Below, piece after piece: positions 52,866 through 64,000 of a stretch of DNA of 64,000 nt. The notes under the pieces are model-generated. The model was not told the origin of the DNA, made no database searches, and worked only from the letters and a program-made list of their open reading frames with translations. The first letter of the stretch is position 1, and every line of letters starts with the position of its first letter. Position numbers and translations under genes: made by a program. This DNA is from the human T2T-CHM13v2.0 reference genome, Homo sapiens, in the NCBI RefSeq assembly GCF_009914755.1, contig NC_060931.1; one strand, given 5' to 3'.

Positions 52866-53336
52866 TGTATTAGTTTGTGAAGGCTGCCATAACCAAGTAC
52901 CACAACCTGGTGGCTTAAACCACAGAACTTTATCATTTCACACTTCTGGAGGAATGAAGTCCAACATGAAGGTGTGGGTAGGATGCGTTCTGAGGGCTGT
53001 GAAGAAGAATCTGACCTATGTTTCTTGTCTCAGTCCTGGTGGTTTGCTGGCCATCTTTGGCGTTCCTTGGCTTGCAGAAACATCATCTCCATCCCTGCCT
53101 TCATCTGTCACATAGCATTTTGCCTGTGTGCACATATGTGCTCAAATCTTCCCTTTTATAAGGACAGCAGCCATATTGAATTAGGAGCTCACCCTACTCC
53201 ATATGACCTCATCTTAACTAATTATATCTGCAATGACCATTTTTCAAATATGGTCACATTCTGAGGCATTGGGGGTTACAACTTCCTCATATGAAGGATT
53301 TTTTTTGGAGGGGGTGGCACAATTGAACTCATAACA
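52866..53336 (-). mobile_element. MaLR solo LTR (MLT1B/C-like)
   Basis: tgtattagtttgtgaaggctgccataaccaagtaccac...ttttataaggacagcagccatattgaattagg...aactcataaca. Confidence 0.85.
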
Positions 53337-55234
53337 CCACTCCTTTTTTGAGTTTTTTTCTTAGTGAGAAATGAAAGAGATGTTTGGGTCACAGGACTGT
53401 TGATAAGCATAAAAAAGATAACACAGATGAGTCACTTTCCAAATGGAAAAGTGCTATCCAGATGGCAGCTGTTCCTAAGGAATATGTGTTTACGTTTGCA
53501 CGGAGTGTCCCATCAAGAAGTCCGCATGGATGAGCACTACAGAAAGGTCTTCAGGCCGCTTTTCTCATAGTCAAGGTCAGAAAGATGAGGGTGGTTGCTG
53601 CATTTTTACCCAATAGGAAGCTGTTGGTGTTATAAGGGACTGGTATTGAACAAAGTGAAAGGTTCCCATCTTCCATCGACACAGAGGATTTCCCCAAAGA
53701 AAATGAACCACAACAACCTCTTCATTTATCCTTTCATGTATTCTTGATATTTGACCTCAGGTTTGACCATAATCTCCTTGGAAATGAGGGCAGAGAGTCA
53801 CAGAACATGGAAGGAGCTTCACAGATCATCTATTTGGACTAGATTCCGCTTCAGCACCTTTGATGTGGTCATTGCTTCCTTGATGAGCACCCTGGGACCC
53901 AGGGAGGTAGATGGTTACCTGAGACCCCACACCTGATTAGAGGGCTTTTGCTTGTTCTACTCCTTTTTTTGTGGTCTTCACAAGGCATGCTTTAGGTTGG
54001 TGGGCCTTCTCTTGAATGCTATTGGTTGTCTCACTTTGCTTTTCTTCTATGTTCTTATTGTGGATATAGCTCATTATATTGCAATGATTTATTCACTTGT
54101 CTGTCTATTCCACTGACCCAGAGAATCTTTCGAAGCCACGGCTTGAGTACTCACCTTTGTAGCTGAAAGTCTAGAATAGCCATTCTCAAAGTCTGGCATA
54201 TGGGGAAGGGCTGAAAATGTGCCTAACAAGTTCCCAGGTGTTGTTGATGGTGTTGGTCTGGGGACCACACTTTGAGAACCACTGACCTGGAGCAGCTGCT
54301 GGCATACAGCAAATGCACAATAAATGTCTTTGGAATTCATGAATGAAGGTGAGGAAGATGATCTTTTATATGATACTAGGAAACTGGGAAGAGAAAATAG
54401 ATTGCTTACCTGCCCCTTTTGATTCCCCAGGGTGATGAGGATAGAATGAGATTATTTACTAAAAGCACTTGAAAGCTGCGATAGCTTTGGCCAGTGCTGT
54501 TCATTGCCAATTCCATAGTTCTGAGGATTGTCAGGAAAGTAGGTTCAGGGCTTGGTTAGTGTGGGAGCAGAGGAGACAAACCTAGAGTTTCCTTACCTGC
54601 TATTTTGGATAACACCCAAAATATGGGTATGGGTAAATGCCATACTTTCTATCTTAAAGAAAATTATAAAAAACGGATTTTCTGTTACTTTCACCAGCAT
54701 AGGCCTTGTAAGTTCCGCCTAGCTTCTTTTAGGGAAGAGCTAAATTACCATAATTTTTCTAGTTTAACAAAATCAACTATAAATAAAACCATAAACCAAG
54801 AGAAATGAATTGGTAGCTGGTTGAAAAAAAAACACTTGCTTAAATGCCAATTAAGTTTTAAAAATTGAATTCATGCAAATTATGTGTTCCAAACACGTTT
54901 TCATTAAGGCTTCTAATTAATTTAATGGAAAAATAGAAATATGGTCTGCTTCAAACAAATAATTGAACACAATTATATATTGATTACTATACCTTGTAAT
55001 GCTGCTGTGTTAATTCATTTCCAACACATGTGACTTTGAACACAAAATGTTTCCTTTAGTCTATACTGAGCCATCAGAATCTCTGATTCCTGTTTTCCCA
55101 GTCACTTGAAAACTGGGATGGTTTCAAATGGATCTGCGGGATCCATTTGTGAAGGAAGGAATGTGGAATCAGTGGGCAATCTACTAGTTGAATTATGGAG
55201 AAAGAAGCCATAGAAAGTCAACTGTTATTGGTTG

Positions 55235-55537
<303 letters not shown>

Positions 55538-56436
55538 ACAGGTGTGGTTAACGGTTCTTGACAGTGAATTGGAAGCTGGGCTTTTGGTAGAAAAAAGGAA
55601 GAAGCTAATGAAAAAAAAAAAGGAATTAAAGATTCAAAAGAAAGAACAACATCCTGATGGAAGCCAGGGAGGATGAACTTGGGTCTCAAATGGAAGGGAA
55701 AGTCTTAGAATGAAGATGGGGCTCCTGCTCTTCTTCTGAGACATGAGGAAGTAAAAGTGGGCAATAAGAGTACAGTGACAATTTTACCTTGTGAAAGTTT
55801 AGTGACCTCATCTTCACCTCATTTTATGGAGGAGGAAACTAGAGTCTAAAGAGGCCAAGTGTCCTGTCCAAGCTCACCTTATATAAGGTGAGTTCCAGGT
55901 CTAGAACTAGGTTACAGTTTTTCTTCACCATTCTATCCTATCCTCTCTGATTTCCACCTCCCTACAACTACACTTTTGTTTCTTTAGCATATTAAACAGT
56001 TGCTTACGAAGATATGGCTGATGGCTGTGGGAAAGAAAAAGGATTTGAAAAAAAAGGCAAATTCAATTTAGATGAGAAACAATTTAAATGCTTAATTGAT
56101 TGGGGAAAAAACATCAAGAACAGGTGGTGCTCTAGTCTGCCAGGAATCTTCAAATGAGAGTCTGGATGTCATTATTTTGTATTCAAAATGAAAAATGTAG
56201 AAGTCTTTGAGTATAAAGATACATCATAGCATGTAAGGTGTGCAGATTATATGTGTGAAGAAATCCAATTTGGACTGAAGAGAACATCTACTTTTTAAGG
56301 GGTGAAGGCAGATTCCAACTGCACAGCCAATATTTACATAGACTCATACAGATTGTATCAATGGTAGTAGTGATGTTTTTATGCGGTTGCAAAATGGCAA
56401 CCTGGAAGAAAATGGCTACATAACCACCATTCCAGC

Positions 56437-57069
56437 TGTGGTGGTTGATTTTGCGTGCCTACTTGGCTGGGTTAAGGAATACTTGGATAGCAGGTAAAGC
56501 AATAATTATTCCCAATACTCAGTAGGCACTGAGCCCATACTTCTGCTGAAAGGGAAACCAGGGTGGTTTTGCATTAGATTAGAATGATTGGGCTGCCCCA
56601 AGTGTGCCTGTGCAGGTATTTTAGAGGAGATTGGTGTGTGAGTTGGTGGACTGAGTGGGGAAGATATGTCCTCAACGTGGGCAGGCACCATCCAAACAGC
56701 TGAGGGCTCAGATGGAACAAAAAGGCAGGCAGAGGAAGGGTGAATTTTATTTCTCTGCCAGAACTGGGATGCCCTTCTTCACTTGGATGTAAACTCTTCA
56801 GGTTCTCTGGTCTTTGGACTCTGGGACTTGCATCAAAAGGCCTTCAGCCTTGGACTGAAACTTACACCACCAGCTTCCCTGGTTCTGAGGCTTTCAGACC
56901 TGAACTGAGCCATGCTACTGGCTCTCTTGGTTCTCCAGCTTGCATATGGCCTATCATGGGTTTTCTCAGCCTCCATAATCAAGTGAGCCAATTCCCCTAA
57001 TAAGCCCCCTTTGATATTTCACTATGTATCCTATAGGTTCTATTTTTCTGGGGAACCCTGACTAAAACA
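56437..57069 (+). mobile_element. ERVL solo LTR (MLT2-like)
   Basis: TG...CA ends with perfect 5-bp TSD CCAGC (56432-56436 / 57070-57074); MLT2 motifs ggactgagtggggaagat and cagcctccataatcaagtgagccaattcc. Confidence 0.9.
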
Positions 57070-57164
57070 CCAGCTATGCTACACTACTATTAGTGCCCTA
57101 TTCTGCCAAAGGCAAGACATCCATGGTCCTACTTTTCCAACCTTCACTCCAAGTCTATATTTCC

Positions 57165-57641
57165 TGTCAATGCCCTCTGGTGAAGGACCATACCTGTGCT
57201 TGAAAAAGTTGCGTTTATTACTCATCTCTCCATGGGGAGCCTGGAAAGTTTCAGTAAGAGAATGCTGGAAAGGATTTGTAGGATCTGGGCTTTAGTTGGG
57301 TAACTTGGGGAGGATCCAAGGATTGGAAGTTCACTCTGAATTGGACGTTTATCAGTAAATCTTGAGGGAGAGCAGCAAAGCTAAAGCTGTAACTGGGAAC
57401 AAAGCAGGAGTCACTCACGTAAGCAGGGAGAGAGGGATTTTTGGTATTTTGTGGTTTGGTTTTGTTCAGATGTAGTTACCGAGTGGTCCTGTTTCTTCTT
57501 GGTCTAATATGGCCATGGAGTGATCTTGTCTGATGTTGATTTCTTGTGAAATTGTTTATGGTCAACAGGAGAAGGCCAAGCCCTACCCAATCATACTAGT
57601 TTATCTCCTGGGATGTCAGAGTCCTACTTTTCTCTTTCTCA
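57165..57641 (-). mobile_element. Probable ERV1 solo LTR (MER31/MER67-like)
   Basis: Minus strand starts TGAGAAAGAGAAAAG, has AATAAA (plus tttatt ~57214) and ends ...TTGACA. Confidence 0.55.
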
Positions 57642-58915
57642 GGATGAATTTATGTGGAGAAACAAGGCAAAGTTGCAGAATATAACTTCCAAAGTTGTGA
57701 GTGTGTGTGTTTCCACTGATCTCCACGTCAATATCTGCAGTTGTGCAGTGTGAATTTTGGGTGGGTTTGCTAAGCACAGTGGAGCCCTTGTGCTAATTAC
57801 TCTCACTTCCTCACGTAAACTCCCATCATTTATGTTTTAACTATAGGACCTGCTATGTGAATTTTGGGTTAAGGCACTTGAAGACTGGACTTACCTCATT
57901 AGCATGTTGCCTGAAACACCCGTGCCAACCAGCCCTGGACTGGACTGTAACATCAGGATTCTCAGATCTTTGTGATTTTCAAATAGTTTAGAAGGTTTGA
58001 TGGTTGAGAAAGCCTTTTTGGTCTCTCAATACGCTCCTCGCTGAACTAGCAATTGCCTACCAGGAAATCAAGTGTAGCTGATATTCCCATTACTCTGAAC
58101 AGGATTTTAAAGCTGACAAAGATTTTGGAAAGTAATCCAGCTGTTATGTTCCTAGTGAAGAGCTGAGGCGGGGGGTGGGGAAAAGGAGAAACATTATCTT
58201 CTGAGGTTAAAAAAAAAACTGTCTTCCATTTCCTTTCTACCATCTTGAAACTCTTGGTAGGGTGGGACCCTTGCAAAATGAGCACTTGATCAATGTCATT
58301 AACAGTGATTTGTACCACAGTGGTAATATTTTTAATGCAGTTCATTCCAACGAATGTTCTGCTTCTCATGTTAGCTTTTATATACCCAGCAACCAAAAAC
58401 ATACACTGCTGAGTTCACAGAATATTGGGCTCTGGCTAAGTGTGATTAAATATTGATTTCTGAGCCCCACAAACATTTAGCGATGCAGAAACTGTTGGGC
58501 ACTGGATCATTATGGACTGTGGGGCTGACGTTGGCAGAATTCCAACAGTCACAATTTGTGGAAAAATTCCAGAGTGGCTATAAGGCCCAAGCTATGGGTT
58601 TGGCCCTTGCGTGTGGCTCTGACCTGTGCCCTGGTCCACTGACTGTTTTTCACCCGGGTCACCTGTCTTTGCAGACTTTTGCTTTTGGCCAAAAAGGGGA
58701 CTGAACAGAGAGAAGAAATGCTTGATGCCAACTCATCCTGACTGCTGGAAAAAACAACTCAAACTTACAGGCAACGCATCTGCAATGAAGAATAGTATAG
58801 TTATTGCCCTTTTATATTTGCTGCGGGAGTTGCTATCAGAGAACCATGTAAAAATAACTTTTTAAAGCTCAAATATACAGTGTTGAGAATAAGAAGGGCT
58901 AATCTATTCACAAGT

Positions 58916-59394
58916 TGTGGAGAATTAAAGACTGCTATACATTTTTTGACATTTCACCCTTGAGACATGGGGTCTATGTCTCATCTCTTCTTTGTAAATA
59001 TGGGCAGGCTCTGTGACTGCTTTGACCAATAGAATATGGTGGAAGCAGTATTTGCCAGTTTCTGAGCCTAGGATTTTAGAGACTGGAAGCTTCTACTTCC
59101 TGTCTCTTAGAACTGAGCCACATAAAGAGGCTTCACATGGTCACTACAGTGGACAGTCCTCACTGAGTTGCCAGCTAATGGCTAACCAACCATGTGAGTG
59201 CTTCATCTTGGATGTCCGTCCAGTCCAGTTGAGGCTTCAGAAGACTCTAGCTACTATCTGACCACAGCTGTGTAACAGAACCAAGGGAGAACTAGCCAGC
59301 TGAGCCAGGCAACTCACAGAACTCAGAGAGAACAACACATTAAGCCACTGGATGTTTGGGGTGGAAGGTTATGTAGCAATAGATAACTGGAACA
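58916..59394 (+). mobile_element. MaLR solo LTR (MLT1G/H-like)
   Basis: TG...CA ends with perfect 5-bp TSD CAAGT (58911-58915 / 59395-59399); end ttatgtagcaatagataactggaaca. Confidence 0.88.
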
Positions 59395-60004
59395 CAAGTT
59401 ACCCTATTTATAGTAGGAGACCACTTGAAAGCAATGTGAATCCACTGCAGACATAGTCCCAAGCCTCACACTTAACACTCCCTGTTGTTGCCCAGTGCAA
59501 GCACTCGGCTCATCTAAGATTGGGATATTAAAACCTCTTAAAGTTCAAACTTTGAAAGATTCCTTCTCACTGAGAAAATCCCATGTTTTCATTGTTAAAT
59601 TCTCACAGAGGCCACCGCAATGGTGAGACCATCAGGTGCTCCTGACTCTGGTTTCAAAGCAGCGTGTGCACACCCTGAATTTGCCCACTACGACTCCACG
59701 TGGCCAGTTTCTCCCTCAGCTCCTCTCGCTAGGAGCTGTTCTGGCAGCGAGTCCACCAGAGCATCAAATGGTGCCCATAAAGTTCCTGTGTTATTGCCTC
59801 TTCTGACACATGGAATTCCCGGAGGACTTTGGCTATGTTGAAGTCAGTGTTTTATTATTGTCTTTCCCCCTACTCTTATCTATAAGGAAATTGTGTCAAT
59901 TCGTGAGCCATGACACACTGGCAGTTGGATTCTTATCAAGTTTTAGTAGGAACATACTTACTTCCAAAGGTAAATACTGGTTCCATGTTTGCTGTGTTCT
60001 AGCT

Positions 60005-60190
60005 CAAGATGCTCAGTGCTGGCTGCACGTTAGAATCACCTGGGCAGCCCTCAAAAAAATGAAACTACTCATGCCTGGGTCTCATCCCAGATTAATTAGA
60101 TCAAAATAGCTGAGGGTGAGGCCCAAGCATTGGTTTTTAAAAATTCTCCCCAGGGGTTTCATAGATGCAGCGAAGGTTGACAAATACTCT
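60005..60190. mobile_element. MER5-like hAT MITE
   Basis: ggctgcacgttagaatcacctggg...tttttaaaaattctccccagggg; similar relics at ~35430-35540, ~54215-54285 and ~63085-63235. Confidence 0.65.
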
Positions 60191-61911
60191 ACCCAATGAT
60201 TTAGTTGGCTTCTTGTTTGTCATGCAGAGAAAAATACTGTACTTTCCAATAGTCTGTCTGTAGGTCCAAATCTTACCTATGCTTTAAAGCCCAGCTCAAA
60301 TATTATTTTACATATGTCAGAGGTGAATCTATACAGAGTTGGAGTTTTATTTATTAAATGAATGAAGACAAAAATGGATTGTGAGAAACCCATCCTGCTC
60401 TGTCACAGTTTTCCCTTGGACGCCAGTTCTGCTTTTATGTGGCTGTAGGTGGAAGTGCCTCCGTCTACCTTCCTCAACTAGAACTGCCCCACAAGTCGCA
60501 ATTAGAACAAGCCGCCTTGTTGTCCATCATGCCAAAACAAACTGGCACTGCTCTTAAACCTCTCTCTCTGGATGTTTTCTATCCTGATCTCTTCCTATTT
60601 AGTTAAGATTTTTCTTTCTTATATAAGTGAATCATTTTTATAAAGGTCTAAAATATCTCCTGTTCGCTCTCCCAGGCTTGGATGGGCATTGGAGGGAAGA
60701 TGGTTGCTCCCCAGTGTTCTGTGGAACAAAAATCTTTTGAAAGGATCAAGACTGTTAAGACTGCTTGCTTATCTCCTCACTGGCAAAGGACTAGCTATTG
60801 ACTGAGCTAAAATGATAAATATTCCAAGAGCAAGCTCTGAAGTCACTAAGCTCCATAGTACTCTTTGCAGAGCCTCTGTGGTATCTGTCCTGATGAACCC
60901 ACTAGATGTAAATCTTAGCCAGCAGAAGAGCCAGTGGGTAATTGTTTTGGGTTTTAGGGCCTCCGCTGAAATGTTACTGAGTTTTGAGTTGCCAGTTATC
61001 CTGGGACTGCCTTCAAAGAAATGAACCAATGAGCTCCTCTCTCACTTTCACATGTAGCATCCTTTGACAGACTGCTATTTACTCATGGTTGCTTTTGCTC
61101 TGAAATACAAGTCATCTTCTTTTTTTTTTGAATTCAGAATTTTAAGAGGTTACCAGAAAAGCCCTCAGATTTGCCTGTAATTGAAGAGTTCCCCTTTGAA
61201 GTTCAAATCTTTCTTAGCTCTAATTCGAGAGGGAGTTATGATTCTGTGATGGACTCATGACATTTCTTATTGGGGATATAAAAAGTCAGATTTTAATGCC
61301 TTTTTGTGATATATGCATCTGGCCCAAGATCAGGCAGTTTTGAATGATGGAATTTAAATTATAATTTAGCGAAGGGGTAAGAAATGAGAAATTACAGCTT
61401 TGCAGCAATGCCTGAGCTATACAACAGTTCCTTAGCACCCTGTATGAGGGTTTGTGGGTTAGAGCTGCTGCTTGCAGTAGGTTTTCAGAGACACCATGCC
61501 AATGCTCTGGAAGTAAAGGCAAAAGCTCAGCTCAGCTCAGCTCAGGGTATAGCGATTACCTGACATCCTGCTTTGGAAAAATAAAAGCAACTCCTAAGTA
61601 TAAATCCTTGTCATTTGAACATCCTGGACATTCAGATGTCTAATTACCTATTACCTCCCATTTTGTTCAACTGCCTCAAAATTGTTGTCACCTCCTTTTT
61701 CTCTCAACAAAAATTCTTGGGCACACAAAGATTCCTACTAATTTGTTTGCTTTCTGTGTATATGAAATAGGACTGATGGAGACCAAATAAACTGGATGTG
61801 AATTCTCCTTTCTACATCTAAGAATCACTTCTCTCTTTTGTTTTCCACAAGTCAAAGAATTGATTCAACTAGTAGGTATGAGTTACACACTTATTAGAAA
61901 CAAATAATGTG

Positions 61912-62097
61912 TCACGGCATGGTGGCTCACACTTGTAATTCCAGCACTTTGGGATGCCCAGGAGGAAGGATGGCTTGAGGTCGGGAGTTCAAGACCAGCC
62001 TGGGCAACATAGTGAGATCCTGTATCTACAAAAAATAAAAATAAAAAATGAAACAAGACAGAAACAAACAAACAAACAAACAAACAAACAAACAAAC
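61912..62097 (+). mobile_element. Alu left monomer (FLAM-like) with (AAAC)n tail
   Basis: Single arm; TSD aaacaaataatgtg (61898-61911) / aaacagataatgtg (62098-62111); MIR-like sequence follows. Confidence 0.9.
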
Positions 62098-64000
62098 AAA
62101 CAGATAATGTGATGTGGTAGAAAAGGCACTGGGACTAAATTTATTATAAGTTCTCAATCCTTATTAGCACTCTGTCTCTCTCAGCTTCAATTTCCTCATC
62201 TGTAAGCTATCCGTTAGCCTCACTTTTTAAAAAAATCTATAAATTGTCTGCTAGTAAATTGCTCTGAAGCTAAACTCAAACAATAGTCCCTTTTGAATTG
62301 TTCTGTTATCTCATGTTCTGGGGCATGCTAATCCACTGATTGTAGTACCTGATAATGTCTCCTTATAATGAATCCCTTTTTTATGTGGCTTTAATTTTTG
62401 TGTGTGGGCTTATTTTCAACTGGAATTATTTTTGATTTGTATGAATCATGTATGTTCAGTTCTGTGGAAATATCTTTATAGGTTTTATATTTGCCATGGC
62501 TGAGTATCCCAAGGGTTTCATTTGTCTAGGATGAATTTTTGCAGTATTTTATGAGTTTAAGATCCCAACACCATGTGGATGATATTTATTTGGAGTCCAT
62601 ATCTGCATGTGGCACATGCTAGGGCTTTGGAGCCCACCAGACCTGAAGCTTCTTTGCTTCTACCCTGGGCCCTCTTGGGAAGTTCTCCTGTTCCCCTTAC
62701 ACAAAGCAGGCAGTGTGTGAGTTCTAGCTCACACTTGGGTTCAAGGCCTCATCTCTGATTTTTCAGGGGGATTTCATGATTCTAGTTCCTTGCTGTTAGA
62801 GCCTCTCACCATGTCTGATACCCCCTGGGATTCTGCTGCATTAGTTCATGCTATGAATTTCATTGTGTTTTGGGGGGTATCTGGAAATTTCCCTTTGTCT
62901 TTTGAGTTTGGCTTTTAGAAAACACTTAATAGTTTATCTACACCTCTAGTATCTTTGTCAAGAGGATCTTCTTAGCTCAATTTGCCATGTTGTTGGAAAT
63001 GAAAATCAAGTGTATATTCTTTATGAGCACTTTCCCTTGGTTAGCCATTTTATTTCATAAAGTTACGCTTGTTCAGTGGCAGAAGCATTGCTTCTCAAAC
63101 TGCCTGTGAACCCCTTTGGGATCTTGTTAAATGCAGATTCCAATTCCCTAGGACCAGGAGCTGCAATTCTGCATTGTTAACCAGCTCCTAGGTGATGCTG
63201 ATGCCCCTGACCAACTCTGGGTAGTGAGGTTTTGAGCTAGGGCAGCAGTAATCTCTTCCCAATTGCCAATTTATGAGTTGCTGGAATTCATCTAGTGTGG
63301 TTGCCTGATAAAATCTCCACTCATTTTGTTGCTCTCACAAATGAAACTTCATGTTGAAAGCAGTTTTAAAAAATGTAAAGAGTTATAAAATATTTCTTCA
63401 TTTGGAAAAAAAAATCTATAAATTCAAAATGGAATGGAATAAAACTGACCTTTAAAGCCCTTGAAAATACCCAGAAGTCCTCATCTGCTTTACCCAAAGC
63501 TCCCTTCCACCTCCTTTTCCTTTCATTAAGTCCATTTTTCCTCAAGCTAAAATTCCAGGCAAATTAATAAAAGAATTAACTTTCTAATTTAATTTAAGTT
63601 TTCCTTCTATAATTATGTATTAATATTGATTTCTTTTTTGTTGTTATGGTTTTGTAGGGCCTGTAGCCTAGTAACTTACTCATGGTTAACATCGATTCAA
63701 GAGAACAGAGTATTTGAGTTTCAAACAATTGGTGTACCAGGTGAATCTTCAGAATACGAGAGATTGTATGACCAAAGATTCAAGTGAGGTTACAAGGTCG
63801 TCATGTCCTTATGTAGGCAGGGCAGCATCTTCCAGACTTTCTCCATGTACCCCAAAATGCAGAAAAGCAAAGCAAAACAAAAGTTGATTGGCATCCTGGC
63901 TGGTCTAACTTTAGCTATTTACAGCTTAATTTTATGGACTACAATGCCAACAATTTGCATGCCCTGACAGGTAGAAAGTCAAGCTAAGTTCTCAGGACAC

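Overview
This is primate, almost certainly human, genomic DNA: Alu-rich, CpG-depleted, with spliceosomal introns. It contains one protein-coding gene, NPVF (pro-RFRP/GnIH neuropeptide precursor), on the - strand. Its three coding exons (5883-5746, 4470-4070, 2616-2565) splice into a 196-aa ORF, with a TATA box upstream and AATAAA signals downstream. The remaining ~58 kb is the gene-free upstream flank. It holds about 11 Alus, several solo LTRs (some with intact target-site duplications), a degenerate ERVL provirus with readable RNase H and integrase motifs, L1/L2/MIR/hAT relics, microsatellites and a full-length retroposed U3 snoRNA pseudogene. Apart from the NPVF exons and the ERV pol relic, the ORF track looks like noise. 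I found no supportable undescribed biological system. The items most worth checking are motif-dense non-repeat islands (candidate neural enhancers), an Alu with no TSD next to an inverted Alu fragment, the U3 retrocopy, a dispersed 20-bp exact repeat and several palindromes. Repeat subfamily names come from memory of consensus sequences and need RepeatMasker/Dfam confirmation.
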